Shown one piece after another: positions 38,786 through 50,069 of a stretch of DNA of 60,789 nucleotides (the first letter of the stretch is position 1; each line of letters opens with the position of its first letter). Under the pieces are notes generated by a model. The model saw nothing but the letters and a program-made list of their open reading frames with translations. It had not been told where the DNA came from and did not search any database. The position numbers and the translations under genes were made by a program. Origin of the DNA: Streptococcus mitis (GTDB taxonomy: Bacteria; Bacillota; Bacilli; Lactobacillales; Streptococcaceae); the NCBI RefSeq assembly GCF_003942695.1, contig NZ_RJNU01000011.1, forward strand, positions 1 through 60,789, written 5' to 3'.

Positions 38786-39712
38786 TTACTCTTCATCCTT
38801 CCAGTTCCGAGCAATCTCTTCGTCTTTCTGGAGTTGGTCTACCAGTTCCTCTACGGAGTCAAATTTGACCATATCACGGACACGGTCCAGCCAGTAAACA
38901 ATGATGGTCTCACCGTAAATGTCATCTGAAAAGTCAAAAATATTGACTTCAAAACGTGGTTCTTCGCCATCAAAGGTGACATTTTTCCCCACACTTGCCA
39001 TGCCACGATATCTCTGACGTTGTACTTCTACATCGACTACATAGACACCATCTGCTGGCATGTAAGTTCGATCTCTTAGAACCAGATTGGCTGTTGGATA
39101 ACCGATAGTACGCCCACGAGCATTTCCATGAACGACCATCCCACGAGATGGGAGCGGAGTGCCGAGCAGATGATTGACTTCCTTTATATCTCCATCAAGA
39201 ATAGCCTGACGAATCCGTGTGGAACTAATCTTGCCCTTTTCGTCCTCGACCGGAGGAACAATGATGATCTCTCCATCAAAATAGTCCTTCAGGTCATCTG
39301 CAGTTTTCTTATCAGAGCCAAAGGTATAGTCAAATCCTGCCACAATGATAGCTGGTTTTAAAGCCTTGATATAGGTATCAAAGAATTCTTGACCCGTTAA
39401 ACTAGCAAATTTGCTACTAAAGTCAAGTAAGAAGAGAGCCTCTACTCCATGCCACTTCATCTTGTGCTCACGTTCCTCGTGATTGACGATATGGAGCATG
39501 AGCTCAGGTTGGTAAGGTTGCAAGGCAAGTTTTGGCGACTCTGTAAAGGTCATCACGACAACTGGCAGATAATCCTTCATTGAAGCCTTGCTGGCCACTT
39601 CAAAAAGTTTCTGATGCCCCTTGTGGATGCCATCAAAATAACCTAGTACAAGGACTGTTTTACCCGGTACTGCAATATCTTTTTCGTTCTTAATAGGTAC
39701 TGTTGTAATCAT
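38786..39712 (-). CDS. ribF: Bifunctional riboflavin kinase/FMN adenylyltransferase
   Basis: 308 aa with an N-terminal FAD-synthetase domain (GYFDGIHKGHQ) and a C-terminal riboflavin kinase domain. Confidence 0.9.
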   Translation of the reverse strand: MITTVPIKNEKDIAVPGKTVLVLGYFDGIHKGHQKLFEVASKASMKDYLPVVVMTFTESPKLALQPYQPELMLHIVNHEEREHKMKWHGVEALFLLDFSSKFASLTGQEFFDTYIKALKPAIIVAGFDYTFGSDKKTADDLKDYFDGEIIIVPPVEDEKGKISSTRIRQAILDGDIKEVNHLLGTPLPSRGMVVHGNARGRTIGYPTANLVLRDRTYMPADGVYVVDVEVQRQRYRGMASVGKNVTFDGEEPRFEVNIFDFSDDIYGETIIVYWLDRVRDMVKFDSVEELVDQLQKDEEIARNWKDEE

Positions 39713-39814
39713 GAAACTATTATATCATAGAGCAAGTCTTTTCGCTAAGAGGAAATCCCAAATGTCGTTTTTTGCGCCTGAACTGACCTTAAGAGAAAAT
39801 TTAACATTTTAGTT

Positions 39815-39850
39815 TTAAAAAATAGCACCTCCTATGAGATGCTATCATTT
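39815..39850 (-). terminator. Terminator hairpin after smc
   Basis: Minus-sense ATAGCA tctcataggagg TGCTAT followed by TTTTTAAAA. Confidence 0.45.
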
Positions 39851-39855
39851 GGTAA

Positions 39856-42800
39856 CTAGTCTATTGTTTCTTCTAAATCTTTTAACTTAACCGAAACAAT
39901 CTTGGAGACACCTGATTCTTGCATGGTAACTCCATAGATAGAGTCCGCTGCCGCCATCGTCCCCTTACGGTGGGTTACGACGATGAACTGACTATCCTTG
40001 TCAAAGCGGTTGAGGTAATCCCCAAAACGTTTGACATTGGCTTCGTCCAGCGCCGCCTCTACCTCGTCCAAGATGACGAAAGGAATGGTCTTAACTCGGA
40101 TAATTGAGAAGAGCAAAGCCAAAGCTGATAGGGCTTTCTCACCACCACTCATGAGGTTGAGAGATTGGATTTTCTTACCTGGTGGTTGGACAGAAATCTC
40201 CACACCAGCTGTTAAAAGATCGCCCTCAGTCAATATCAAGTCTGCCCGACCACCGCCAAACATCTGTCTAAAGGTCACTTTAAAGGACTCACGAATAGCC
40301 TCAAAGGTTGATTTGAAGCGTTCCTTAACCTCATCATTCATCTCCGTGATGGTCTCAAGAAGCAAGTTTTTCGCAGACAAAATATCATCACGTTGGCTAT
40401 TTAGGAAATCCAAACGATTGTGGACTTCTTCGTACTGTTCAATAGCATCCAAATTGACAGGACCCAGCGAACGAATCGCCTTCTCTAAATCCTTAACCTC
40501 TTGCTCTGCCAGATTGAGATTTTCCAGTTCATGAGCCTTTTCTAGCGCCTCTGTGTAGCTGATCTGGTACTGGTCTGTTAATTGAGCTTGTAGATGGCGC
40601 AAGCGTTCGCTGACTTTTTCCTTCTTAGCTTCAGCACGTGTTTGTTTGCGAATCCACTCCTCATTCTGCTGACGAGCCTGATCCAAATGACTGGCAATAT
40701 CATCCAGTTGACCCTCTATATCATCCAACTCAAACTGCTTGCGAATCAGACCTTGTTGGAGATTTGTTTTCTGAGTTTTGGCCTCTTCCTCTTGCTGACT
40801 TAGCAAATCCGTATCAACTTTCTCGAGATTATCAACCTTTTCTTGGAGGAGACGCTGAATCTCCTCTTGTTCGATATCCAGACTATCCAGTTCCTTTCCT
40901 AAGCGTTCAATATCAGTCACTTCGTACCGCTTTTGTCCTTGCAGTTCGGACTTAAGCAAGCGCGCTTGAGAAATCTGTTCCTGCAAGTTTTGATAACGTT
41001 CTTGAATGGCGTTTTTGTTAGACTTAATCTCTTCAATCTCAGCTTCCAGATTTCGCTTTTCACTGGCAATGGTAGCAAGACGCTCTTGGCATTTTTCCTT
41101 GTCCGCTTGCCAATCTCCGAGAGAAAGACGATTTAATTCCTCTTCTTGAAGTTTCCAAAGAGTTTCTAACTCTTCCACTTGCTGGTTGGTTTGTTGATAA
41201 GCAAGGTACAAGCCTTGCTCCTGAATACGAGCTTGCTCACCCTGAGATTTGATGGATTCTAATCTTTCTGTCAATACCGCCATCTCATCTTGCAAGGTCT
41301 TCAAGCTTGCCTCTTCAGAACGCAGACTAGTTTCTTCTTCAGCAATTTCTTTTTGTAATTGCTCTAGTTCTGGCTTGATGAAAATACTGTTATTTTGACG
41401 ATTGGCACCACCCGCGTAGGAACCACCTGTGCGCAATTCGGTACCATCAAGTGTCACCATGCGAACCTGATAGCGAACTTGACGAGCTGCTGCACGCGCA
41501 TGTTCTACAGTATCAAAAATTGCTGTCGTGGCTAGCAAGTTCTTAAAAATGGCTTCTAATCTCTTATCAAACGACACCAACTCATCTGCCATGCCCAGAA
41601 ATCCTGGACTTGCTGCAATAGCATCTTGATTCTGACTAGATATTGTACGCGCCTTAATCGTTGTCAAAGGAAGGAAGGTCGCACGACCAGCTCTGTTGCG
41701 CTTGAGAAAATCAATAGCCTTGGTTGCCGCTTTCTCATCTTCTACAATGATATGCTGACTGCTGGCTCCAAGCGCAATTTCTAGGGCAGTTTGATAATGC
41801 ACATCAAAGGTCAGATGCTCACTGACTGCACCAATGATCCCACCTAGACGCTCTTTTTCTTGAAGAACACTCTTAACACCTGCGTAAAAGTTACTATGAT
41901 TTCTAAGGATATTCTCTAAACTTTGGGCTCTAGCCTGCTTGTTTTTGAGACTATCCAGACGGTCAAAGAGTTGGCTCTGCTGGGCTTGGAAAGAAACTTT
42001 CTGTTCCTCTTGCTCCTTGGCATTAGCTTGGTAGTCTGCCAATAATTTCTGAACCTGCTCCTTGGCAGTTTCAAGCTCAGTCTTTTGCTGACTTGCTTTC
42101 TCTTTAGCTGTAGCCAGTTGCTCTTTCAATTTCTCAAGTTGATCTGCTTGTTTTTGAGACAGCTGACGGCTGTTCTCCAGTTCATTCTCTATTCGTGTCA
42201 ACTGGTTTGAGACATCCGCTTCTTCTTGTAAGAGCGCCACAAAACGTTCACGCAGGAGCTCGATCATTTGGTCAGGATCATCTGAAAATGCTAACAACTC
42301 TGCTTCTAGGCGATTGAGTTCCTTGTTGTTCTCAGCTAGACTTTCCTCTAACTGTTCCAGATTCTCTTCTTTTTCAACCTTTTCCTTACTTAGAGCCTTT
42401 CTCTTATCTTCCAAAGTCGCCAAACGGGTTTGTGCTTCTTGTTGATTGAGGGCTACTTGCTCGGATTCCAGTTTGGATAGGGCTAGTTTTCGCTCTAAGT
42501 CACTGATCAAACTAGTCAAATCCATTAAGCTTCCTTGATCCTTGGCCATTTCAGTTTGGAGATCTTGGCGTTTCTTTTTAAGACTTTGATTTTCCTCTTC
42601 TAACTCTTCACGCTTTTGGTAATAACTGGTCAAGAGTTCCTGAACCTGCGTTAGTTCTTCTTCTGTCAGCTCAAGTTCAGCCTTGTTTTCCTTGATTTGG
42701 GCAACCAGTACATCCAAGTAAATAGCCTTACGTTGACCATCCAAGTCGAGAAACTTACGAGCGTTCTCGGCTTGTTTTGCAAGAGGCTTGATTTGATTGT

Positions 42801-43395
42801 CCAACTCATAGATAATATCCTCTAAACGGTCTAGATTGTCTTGAGTTTGCTGTAGTTTGCTTTCTGTTTCTTTTCTACGAGTCTTGTACTTTAAAACTCC
42901 AGCAGCTTCTTCAAAAATAGCTCGACGTTCTTCAGGCTTGGAATTAAAAATCTCCTCAACCTTCCCTTGGGAAATAATAGAGAAGGAATCACGTCCCAGA
43001 CCCGTATCTAAGAAAAGGTCATGTACATCACGCAGACGGACTTTCTTGCCATCAATTCGATACTCACTATCTCCACTACGATAGATATGGCGCTCTACCT
43101 TGATTTCTTGTCCTGCATCCTTGATAAAGGCATCTTCATTATCCAAAGTCACGACAACCGAAGCATAATTGAGCGGTTTCCGACTTTCAGTCCCAGCAAA
43201 AATGACATCGGGCATCTTACCACCACGAAGGCTTTTGACACTAGACTCTCCCAAGGCCCATCGCAGACTTTCCGTGATATTTGACTTTCCAGATCCATTT
43301 GGACCAACGACAGCTGTCACACCTTGGTCAAAGACGACTTTGGTCTTATCAGCAAAAGACTTGAATCCCTGAATCTCAATTTCCTTTAAATACAT
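39856..43395 (-). CDS. smc: Chromosome segregation protein SMC
   Basis: 1179 aa with an N-terminal Walker [10 protein letters not shown], long coiled coils, a hinge, and a C-terminal [15 protein letters not shown] signature plus Walker B. Confidence 0.9.
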   Translation of the reverse strand: MYLKEIEIQGFKSFADKTKVVFDQGVTAVVGPNGSGKSNITESLRWALGESSVKSLRGGKMPDVIFAGTESRKPLNYASVVVTLDNEDAFIKDAGQEIKVERHIYRSGDSEYRIDGKKVRLRDVHDLFLDTGLGRDSFSIISQGKVEEIFNSKPEERRAIFEEAAGVLKYKTRRKETESKLQQTQDNLDRLEDIIYELDNQIKPLAKQAENARKFLDLDGQRKAIYLDVLVAQIKENKAELELTEEELTQVQELLTSYYQKREELEEENQSLKKKRQDLQTEMAKDQGSLMDLTSLISDLERKLALSKLESEQVALNQQEAQTRLATLEDKRKALSKEKVEKEENLEQLEESLAENNKELNRLEAELLAFSDDPDQMIELLRERFVALLQEEADVSNQLTRIENELENSRQLSQKQADQLEKLKEQLATAKEKASQQKTELETAKEQVQKLLADYQANAKEQEEQKVSFQAQQSQLFDRLDSLKNKQARAQSLENILRNHSNFYAGVKSVLQEKERLGGIIGAVSEHLTFDVHYQTALEIALGASSQHIIVEDEKAATKAIDFLKRNRAGRATFLPLTTIKARTISSQNQDAIAASPGFLGMADELVSFDKRLEAIFKNLLATTAIFDTVEHARAAARQVRYQVRMVTLDGTELRTGGSYAGGANRQNNSIFIKPELEQLQKEIAEEETSLRSEEASLKTLQDEMAVLTERLESIKSQGEQARIQEQGLYLAYQQTNQQVEELETLWKLQEEELNRLSLGDWQADKEKCQERLATIASEKRNLEAEIEEIKSNKNAIQERYQNLQEQISQARLLKSELQGQKRYEVTDIERLGKELDSLDIEQEEIQRLLQEKVDNLEKVDTDLLSQQEEEAKTQKTNLQQGLIRKQFELDDIEGQLDDIASHLDQARQQNEEWIRKQTRAEAKKEKVSERLRHLQAQLTDQYQISYTEALEKAHELENLNLAEQEVKDLEKAIRSLGPVNLDAIEQYEEVHNRLDFLNSQRDDILSAKNLLLETITEMNDEVKERFKSTFEAIRESFKVTFRQMFGGGRADLILTEGDLLTAGVEISVQPPGKKIQSLNLMSGGEKALSALALLFSIIRVKTIPFVILDEVEAALDEANVKRFGDYLNRFDKDSQFIVVTHRKGTMAAADSIYGVTMQESGVSKIVSVKLKDLEETID

Positions 43396-44084
43396 GAATC
43401 CAGCCCTTTCTCAACGGCATTTTTTGCGGCTTCTTGTTCTGCTAACTTCTTAGAACGCCCTTGGCCTTTTCCAATACTCTTTCCTTCAACCAGAACTTCT
43501 ACATCAAAAACCTTATCATGAGCAGGTCCCGTCTCAGAGATAACCTGGTAGCGAATGTCCACATCCCCATTGACCTGGAGCAACTCTTGCAGATGAGTCT
43601 TGTAATCCTTAATCATCTCAAAGTCACCTGCTTCAACCTTGGGAATCATAACCTGATAGATAAACTCTTTTACCCTAGCCACATCCTTGTCTAAAAGCAA
43701 AGCACCCAGAAAGGCTTCAAAAGCATCACCAAGAATGGTGTCACGATTGCGACCACCAGACTTTTCTTCCCCTTTTCCTAGTTTGATAAACTGATCAAAC
43801 TGGCAATCACGCGCAAAACCAGCCAAACTCTCCTCACGGACAATCATGGCACGGAGCTTGGACAAATCGCCCTCTGGTTTTTTAGGATATTTCTTATACA
43901 GATATTCTGAAATCAATAATTGCAGAACAGCGTCTCCTAAAAATTCCAAGCGTTCATTGTGTGAAATTTTTAAGAGGCGGTGCTCATTGGCATAACTCGT
44001 ATGAGTAAAGGCAGTTTCCAGTAGCTTTTTATCTGCAAATTCGATTGCAAAACGGTCTTTCAGTACAGTTTGTAATTCTTTCAT
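43386..44084 (-). CDS. rnc: Ribonuclease III
   Basis: 232 aa with the RNase III signature [11 protein letters not shown] and a dsRBD. It overlaps the smc start, as usual. Confidence 0.9.
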   Translation of the reverse strand: MKELQTVLKDRFAIEFADKKLLETAFTHTSYANEHRLLKISHNERLEFLGDAVLQLLISEYLYKKYPKKPEGDLSKLRAMIVREESLAGFARDCQFDQFIKLGKGEEKSGGRNRDTILGDAFEAFLGALLLDKDVARVKEFIYQVMIPKVEAGDFEMIKDYKTHLQELLQVNGDVDIRYQVISETGPAHDKVFDVEVLVEGKSIGKGQGRSKKLAEQEAAKNAVEKGLDSCI

Positions 44085-44220
44085 ACTGACCTCTTTCTAA
44101 TAATTACGATCCTTTCTATTATAACAAAAAAAGCCCCCTGAGTCACTTTAAAACGGAACTAGAAAGGATTTGAGCATTTTTTAGTAGATAATTTTTAATT
44201 TTAGGAGCAGTATAAAGAAA

Positions 44221-44250
44221 AAAGCCTTATTTAAAAGCTTTTTTGGACTA
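44221..44250 (-). terminator. Terminator hairpin downstream of the tRNA
   Basis: Minus-sense AAAAAGC ttttaaataag GCTTTTTT. Confidence 0.45.
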
Positions 44251-44256
44251 TTTATA

Positions 44257-44328
44257 TCCACCCTGAGGGAATCGAACCCCCATCTCAAGAACCGGAATCT
44301 TACGTGATATCCATTACACTAAGGGTGG
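44257..44328 (-). tRNA. tRNA-Arg (anticodon CCG)
   Basis: A cloverleaf can be drawn by hand. The 7-bp acceptor pairs CCACCCT with AGGGTGG, the T-loop is GGGGG-TTCGATT-CCCTC, and the anticodon stem-loop is TAAGA-TTCCGGT-TCTTG. There is no encoded CCA. The 5' nucleotide is C rather than G. Confidence 0.65.
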
Positions 44329-44395
44329 AAACTTGTTTTATTATAACAGAAATTTGCTCTAATAACAAGTTTTTTATGGGTGGGGTATGCGTCCA

Positions 44396-45382
44396 TTAGT
44401 GGGATGCATCACCATTCCAGATAGAGTTTTTCACAATCACATAATCAACGTGCTTGAGGTCAGCAACCTTGCGTCCACCTGCGTAGGAAATGGCACTTTG
44501 CAGATCCTGCTCCATCTCAGTAAGGGTGTCTTGCAAATGTCCTTTTGCAGGAAGTAAAATGCGTTTTCCTTCCACATTTTTATAAGCCCCTTTTTGGTAT
44601 TGAGAAGCTGAACCATAGTATTCTTTGAACTGTTCACCGTCGACTTCAATCGTTTTCCCTGGGCTTTCGATATGTCCTGCAAAAAGAGAACCAATCATGA
44701 CCATGCTAGCGCCGAAACGAATAGACTTAGCAATATCGCCATGAGTACGAATCCCACCATCAGCAATAATCGGTTTGCGAGCCGCTTTAGCACACCAGCG
44801 AAGTGCTGCCAACTGCCAACCACCTGTGCCAAAACCAGTCTTGACCTTGGTGATGCAGACCTTACCAGGACCGATTCCGACCTTAGTAGCATCCGCACCA
44901 GCATTTTCCAGTTCACGCACAGCTTCTGGTGTTCCCACATTCCCAGCAATGACAAAAGTATCTGGTAATTCTTTCTTGATGTGCTGAATCATAGAAATCA
45001 CGCTATCCGCATGACCATGGGCAATATCAATCGTGATATACTCAGGAGCATCAGCCTTGAGTTGGCTAACAAAATCATACTCATAGTCCTTAACACCAAC
45101 AGAAATGGAAGCAATGAGCCCTTGATCGTGCATACGTTTGATAAAAGGAATGCGCCCCGCCTCATCAAAACGATGCATAATATAGAAGTACCCACCCTTA
45201 GCAAGCTGCTCTGCTACGTTCTCATCCAAAATCGTCTGCATATTTGCTGGCACAACAGGTAGTTTAAAAGTGTGTTTTCCAAACGTAATACTTGTATCCG
45301 CTTCTGAACGGCTTTTAATGACACATTTATTTGGGATCAACTGAATATCTTCGTAATCAAAAATTGGAAATTCATTTAACAT
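44396..45382 (-). CDS. guaC: GMP reductase
   Basis: 328 aa starting [17 protein letters not shown], an IMPDH/GMPR barrel with the catalytic Cys region [10 protein letters not shown]. Confidence 0.9.
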   Translation of the reverse strand: MLNEFPIFDYEDIQLIPNKCVIKSRSEADTSITFGKHTFKLPVVPANMQTILDENVAEQLAKGGYFYIMHRFDEAGRIPFIKRMHDQGLIASISVGVKDYEYDFVSQLKADAPEYITIDIAHGHADSVISMIQHIKKELPDTFVIAGNVGTPEAVRELENAGADATKVGIGPGKVCITKVKTGFGTGGWQLAALRWCAKAARKPIIADGGIRTHGDIAKSIRFGASMVMIGSLFAGHIESPGKTIEVDGEQFKEYYGSASQYQKGAYKNVEGKRILLPAKGHLQDTLTEMEQDLQSAISYAGGRKVADLKHVDYVIVKNSIWNGDASH

Positions 45383-45459
45383 ATCAATGTCTCGTTTCTT
45401 TTGTAATGACCTACCTATGCCTTCGCATCACTACGTCTTTTCCGACGTTTCCTTGATTA

Positions 45460-45488
45460 ATTCTACACCAAAGTACAGATTTTGTCAA
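45460..45488 (-). promoter_or_regulatory. Candidate guaC promoter
   Basis: Minus-sense TTGACA, 17 nt, TAGAAT. The 5' UTR is only about 70 nt, too short for a riboswitch. Confidence 0.5.
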
Positions 45489-45659
45489 TTTTTAAAACAA
45501 ACCTTCTTTAAACGTTCGTTTTTTATCGCAATCAAAATCTTCTGAAAATCACTAAAAATTATTAGATTCGTAAATTATAGCTGATAACTACCTTAGCCAA
45601 TCCAAAAGTGCGATGACAGTTCCATACCATCACCGCACTGATTTAGCCCATTTATTATT

Positions 45660-46382
45660 CTAATCTCCTTTAGATGATTTCATTGTAAAGGTATAATACT
45701 TGTCTCCGCTATAAGTTATTTTAAAGACCCCATCTTTTTGTTCACTGTATAGATTCGCATTTCCAGCAACCTTACCTTCAAATATAATGGTACCCGTCAC
45801 ATAACTCCATTTAGGAGTGGCAATTACTTCTCCTTTATAGGTGATTGTAGAAGTATGATCTGCTTTTAAAGTTGCCTTCAAGGAATCTGGTGCTATTTCT
45901 CCAGATGCGTCTGCATCCATTACATCTGCTACAGACGCGCCTATCCAGTCTCCTAAGAGAGCTTTCTCTTCTTCTGGCAAGAAGTTCTCAGGTTTCGCTG
46001 CATCTGTTCCTTCTTTTGCAAGTTTCACATCCATTGAAGTCCCGACAAGCTCTTTCAAGATACTTTCAAATGTAATCGTATCCTTACCAAGCTTGCCAAC
46101 CATATCAGTATTTTCAATAGTAAGAGTTAATGTGTTATCATCATTTTTCCATTTACCTTCTGCAGTTGTTCCTTCTACGTTTAGTTTTGCCTTGCCTCCA
46201 CTCATCAATTCGAGTTTGAAGCCAGCCATATCATCACCAGAGAGCGTTACTCCCATGGCCGTTCCACCAACAGCTACGTATTTGCCCACTAAGGCATCGT
46301 CCGCTCTTCCACCTGATTTTCCACAAGCTCCAAGCGTGATAAGTAACAGAAGTGCCAATATCAAGCTAAATAATTTTTTCAT
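45660..46382 (-). CDS. Putative lipoprotein (unknown function)
   Basis: 240 aa with lipobox LGAC. Last gene of a four-gene string with 10-66-nt gaps. Confidence 0.6.
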   Translation of the reverse strand: MKKLFSLILALLLLITLGACGKSGGRADDALVGKYVAVGGTAMGVTLSGDDMAGFKLELMSGGKAKLNVEGTTAEGKWKNDDNTLTLTIENTDMVGKLGKDTITFESILKELVGTSMDVKLAKEGTDAAKPENFLPEEEKALLGDWIGASVADVMDADASGEIAPDSLKATLKADHTSTITYKGEVIATPKWSYVTGTIIFEGKVAGNANLYSEQKDGVFKITYSGDKYYTFTMKSSKGD

Positions 46383-46447
46383 TTTGAAGCCTTCCCTTTC
46401 TCCTAAAATAGATTTGAAAGTCTATCTCATTCACTCGTCTATTCTAA

Positions 46448-47608
46448 TCAAAACTTGCCTCCTGCACCACCGTGAGTTCTTCCTGATGAAGATGTATGAG
46501 TACTGCTACCTCCAGAAGAAGATTTACTCTCTTTGGGACGAGCCACCTTATCAATCGTTTTATATAGAAACTTTTCTTCTGCCTGAGTGACAGTGAGACT
46601 ATTTTCTACAATATAATTTGTCGCTGCCACATCTGGCTCCACACTTTTGAGTTGGCTAGCCATACTTGAAACAACTATAATGGCTGTGACAAGACCTACA
46701 CCTAGAGATAGGGGCACCCATATCCAACTTAAAGGTTCCTTAGGAAGATTCCCTTTGTCATAAGGTTTATCTGTCTTAGCCTGCGTTAAGAACTTATCGC
46801 TCAGTTCTGCAAAACTGCTAAATGCTTGCTCATATTCTCCGTTGCTTAGTTTCGGAACGAACCGATCAGACATATACTCTAAACCTGCATCGGTAAATGC
46901 TCGAATCGCATAACCTGTTGTGGTGATATGCCAATCCCGTTCCTTCATACTTAACAATAACAATAAACCACTATGGTCCTCACCCTGACCATAACCATTA
47001 TAGTCAAAATAATCATCTGCAAAGGCTTCTGGTGTCTTCCCTCCCAGATCCTTGACAGTCACAATAACAAGGTCACATTTCTGCCGCTCACTAATCTCAT
47101 CAAGTTTACTTAATAAATCTTTTTCTTCTGCATCACTCAGTAAATCCGCTTCATCCACGAGACGCTTCAGGGGTCCAAACTTAGCAGCAATAGCAGTCAA
47201 ACTACGGTGGGTACCGTCATACCAACTACTATTACTATGATAAACGCCTTTAATAAAGGTATCCCAAAAATCTCCCAGAAGCTCTTTTGCTTTTCCCTTG
47301 TAGCAGATAGTTCTATAATCTTTAGACTTCCCTATTATCAGAAGAATAGCATCTTCCTTCCCTTTCTTGAAGAAATCCGTTGTATATTGAGTTACATCAT
47401 CATAAGAGTCAGCAATGAGCAGATAAGATTTGAACTGATGCTCTTTGTAAATAGCTTGCGCTTCTTCTAGTTTGCTTTTCTCATTGGATGATAGGAGGCC
47501 GGCCTCATCATAAATTAAAGTTTGACTTGACATGTCAGCTGACACAATCCCAATCAAGGTAAAAGCGAGAAAAACCGCAAGAAGGAATGATAGTAGTTTT
47601 TTCATCAT
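46448..47608 (-). CDS. Double TPM-domain (TLP18.3/Psb32/MOLO-1 phosphatase-like) membrane-anchored protein (YdjH-like)
   Basis: 386 aa with a signal peptide and two TPM repeats (YDEAGLLS... and VDEADLLSDAE...), then a TM and a Gly/Ser-rich tail. Confidence 0.7.
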   Translation of the reverse strand: MMKKLLSFLLAVFLAFTLIGIVSADMSSQTLIYDEAGLLSSNEKSKLEEAQAIYKEHQFKSYLLIADSYDDVTQYTTDFFKKGKEDAILLIIGKSKDYRTICYKGKAKELLGDFWDTFIKGVYHSNSSWYDGTHRSLTAIAAKFGPLKRLVDEADLLSDAEEKDLLSKLDEISERQKCDLVIVTVKDLGGKTPEAFADDYFDYNGYGQGEDHSGLLLLLSMKERDWHITTTGYAIRAFTDAGLEYMSDRFVPKLSNGEYEQAFSSFAELSDKFLTQAKTDKPYDKGNLPKEPLSWIWVPLSLGVGLVTAIIVVSSMASQLKSVEPDVAATNYIVENSLTVTQAEEKFLYKTIDKVARPKESKSSSGGSSTHTSSSGRTHGGAGGKF

Positions 47609-47618
47609 ATCTTCCTCC

Positions 47619-48704
47619 TTACATTAGATAAATCAACCAAACAATGCCATAGCAAACAATAAAAGCAAGTGTTGCAATCATCATAAAATAGCGCCAGTAG
47701 ACTCGTTTATCCAAGGGAAGATTACCTACAAATTTTCCTGTTTGACCATTCATAGCAAAAACGTACTTTTCATTATTCCAAGTTGTGTTTAACAACCAGA
47801 CTGGATAAAGGACATACTTAGCTTTGCTATTTTTAAACTCAACATGGCTACTTTCTGGAGTTACCATTGTATAGCCTTTAACTGTTTCCGCAAATCTATC
47901 TTCAGTACTCCTTTTAGCCCGTTTATTAGCGTGGGTGATACTTTCTTCTGCCGTCACATCATAACGCTCGGCCAAATAACCTGCTAAATAGGCTGTTTGA
48001 AAGTCAACTGCTTTTGAAACATCAAAAGGTTCAATGGATTCCATTAAGGTATTGTCCATACTTTTAGAACCGTCAACAGGTAGATGAGAAAAGGCTAACT
48101 GACCAGAACGAAGGACAGAGTAAAAATCAGTTTGGGTGTAATTGTAATCTTTGTCACTCCAAGTCGTTATCCTAGTTGCTTTGTACTTAATATCTGCATC
48201 CGCTTCTGTATTAAATAACCAAAATGGCACGTAAACACCCTTTACTTCATCAATATGGTTCTGATCCTTAAAAATTTTTGGCAATAATCGCTTGCCGAGA
48301 AGGTGCTTGTTAAGCGCTTCTCTGGCAGCTTTTTTATCCAGTTTAAACGGAATAACCAACTCTGGTTTCAAATCACCTACCAGACGTTCCTTGAGAACAA
48401 CTGGATTATCACAATAAGGGCAAGTTGTCGCAGCAGTATTTTCATCAGCAATCAATTGTCCACCACAGGAATTGCAAATAAAGACGTTCAGCTGTTCATC
48501 ATCCTCTTGCCATTCTTCAGTAGAGTAGGTTGTTGAAGTTGACTCAGTAGAAGACTGTACTTCTACCAAACCTTCATCCATGTGCTTGAGACTTTCCATT
48601 TCATATTCAGAGTCACAGTAAGGACACTTCATTTTTTGGATTCTCGTATCAAAGGCTAAAGCACCACCGCAACAAGGACATTTGTATTCTAAATTATCAA
48701 CCAT
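47619..48704 (-). CDS. Zinc-ribbon protein with a C-terminal TM anchor (YdjG-like)
   Basis: 361 aa with two Cys4 ribbons (CPCCGG..CPYC and CNSCGG..CPYCDN) and a C-terminal hydrophobic helix. Confidence 0.6.
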   Translation of the reverse strand: MVDNLEYKCPCCGGALAFDTRIQKMKCPYCDSEYEMESLKHMDEGLVEVQSSTESTSTTYSTEEWQEDDEQLNVFICNSCGGQLIADENTAATTCPYCDNPVVLKERLVGDLKPELVIPFKLDKKAAREALNKHLLGKRLLPKIFKDQNHIDEVKGVYVPFWLFNTEADADIKYKATRITTWSDKDYNYTQTDFYSVLRSGQLAFSHLPVDGSKSMDNTLMESIEPFDVSKAVDFQTAYLAGYLAERYDVTAEESITHANKRAKRSTEDRFAETVKGYTMVTPESSHVEFKNSKAKYVLYPVWLLNTTWNNEKYVFAMNGQTGKFVGNLPLDKRVYWRYFMMIATLAFIVCYGIVWLIYLM

Positions 48705-48752
48705 ATCATCACCTCCTCTCCCAACACTAAGGCAATCTAGAGCAATTTTACC

Positions 48753-50069
48753 CTAAAATATTGACCCGCATTCAGGACAGAATTTTGGTACCTGGCCAGA
48801 ATCTGGAACTTTCCAACCACAGTTACTACAATGTTTTGCTTGATGAACTATCGGTTTTGGACTGCCACAATTTGAACAGAATTTACCTGTATTTACTGTG
48901 GCACATGAACAAGTCCAGCTATTGTCCACTGGTTTCGGACTGCCACAATCTGGGCAGAACTTCCCCATGGCCTCATGGCCATTTGGACAGATCCACTTAT
49001 TGACATTCGGAGTGCTTGGCGGTGCTTGATTTTCTGTTTGTGCTTGGTTAACAGCCTGTTCTTGTCCCATAGCAAAGAGATTTTGTGCATTCATGCCACC
49101 GCCTGCATTGGCTGCCATGCCAAAGCCCATAAAGCCAGTCATAGCTCCTGCTTCATTGCTTGCGGCTGCCTTCATAGCGGCTGCCTGTGCTCCAACCAAG
49201 GTTGCGGCTGCCATAGTCGGATCTTTCATAATAGCAGTACGTTGAGCCTGCTTGATCATGTCCGCATCTTCTTCTGGGAGAGTAACAGAACCGAGTGCAA
49301 TGCTAATGACTTTTAGACCACGAAGCTGGCCCCATTTTTCTGAGAGAGTTTCATTGAGGGCATTTTCTAATTCTGTATTGTGACTGACAATTTGATTCGG
49401 TCTCAATTCCATATCAGATAACTTAGCAAATGAAGGTTGCAAGGCGCTGATAAATTCAGTTTTCAACTGTGAGTCAATTTCTTCACGCAAATACTCTCTT
49501 TCAACATTTCCACAAACATTTGTATAAAACAAAAGCGGGTCAACGATCTTATAAGAATAAACCCCTGAGCATCGAACAGAAACGTCAAGGTCTAAACCAA
49601 TCTTAGAATCTACCACACGAAATGGAATTGGGTTCGGTGTACCGAATTTATTATCAATTAATTCTTTTGTATTAAAATAATACACACGCTGATCTTTGCC
49701 AGTATCGCCACCATAAGTGAAACGTTTCCCAATTTGTTTGAAAGTATCCTTGATAGAATTTCCAAGATTTCCTGTAAAAATACTTGGTTCGCTGGAGGTA
49801 TCATAAGTGAACTCACCTGGTTCGGCACAAACTTCTACAACCTTACCGTGCTCAACAATCATCATACACTGACCATCAGCCACTGCAATACCTGAACCAT
49901 TGGAAATAATATTGTCACTGCCCTTAGTATTGGATGATCGACCAGAGACCCGCTTTTGCCCCTTGACAACCATGACAGATTTGTCCATAGACTCACAATA
50001 GAAAAATTCTTTCCATTGATCGGCTAATAAACCACCTACAGCTCCTGCACCTGCTCTAATAAGTCCCAT
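48753..50069 (-). CDS. SPFH/Band-7 (PF13421-type, YdjI-like) protein with three C-terminal zinc-ribbon repeats
   Basis: 438 aa from ATG 50069 (RBS AAGAGGGG). The N-terminus MGLIRAGAGAVGGLLADQWKEFFYC is typical of the family. The C-terminus has three C-x-C...CxxCGSPKP-type ribbons. Confidence 0.7.
   Translation of the reverse strand: MGLIRAGAGAVGGLLADQWKEFFYCESMDKSVMVVKGQKRVSGRSSNTKGSDNIISNGSGIAVADGQCMMIVEHGKVVEVCAEPGEFTYDTSSEPSIFTGNLGNSIKDTFKQIGKRFTYGGDTGKDQRVYYFNTKELIDNKFGTPNPIPFRVVDSKIGLDLDVSVRCSGVYSYKIVDPLLFYTNVCGNVEREYLREEIDSQLKTEFISALQPSFAKLSDMELRPNQIVSHNTELENALNETLSEKWGQLRGLKVISIALGSVTLPEEDADMIKQAQRTAIMKDPTMAAATLVGAQAAAMKAAASNEAGAMTGFMGFGMAANAGGGMNAQNLFAMGQEQAVNQAQTENQAPPSTPNVNKWICPNGHEAMGKFCPDCGSPKPVDNSWTCSCATVNTGKFCSNCGSPKPIVHQAKHCSNCGWKVPDSGQVPKFCPECGSIF

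Noticed and set aside
44329-44395. Long-loop inverted repeat AACTTGTT...AACAAGTT between guaC and the tRNA
   Set aside because: An 8-bp stem with a 27-nt loop is unlikely to form a stable terminator. It may be incidental, and the tRNA has its own clearer terminator at 44221-44250.
45383-45660. Possible purine riboswitch upstream of guaC
   Set aside because: With the promoter at 45460-45488 the 5' UTR is only about 70 nt. No three-way junction or conserved purine-aptamer motifs are visible, only a small ACGTC/GACGT hairpin.
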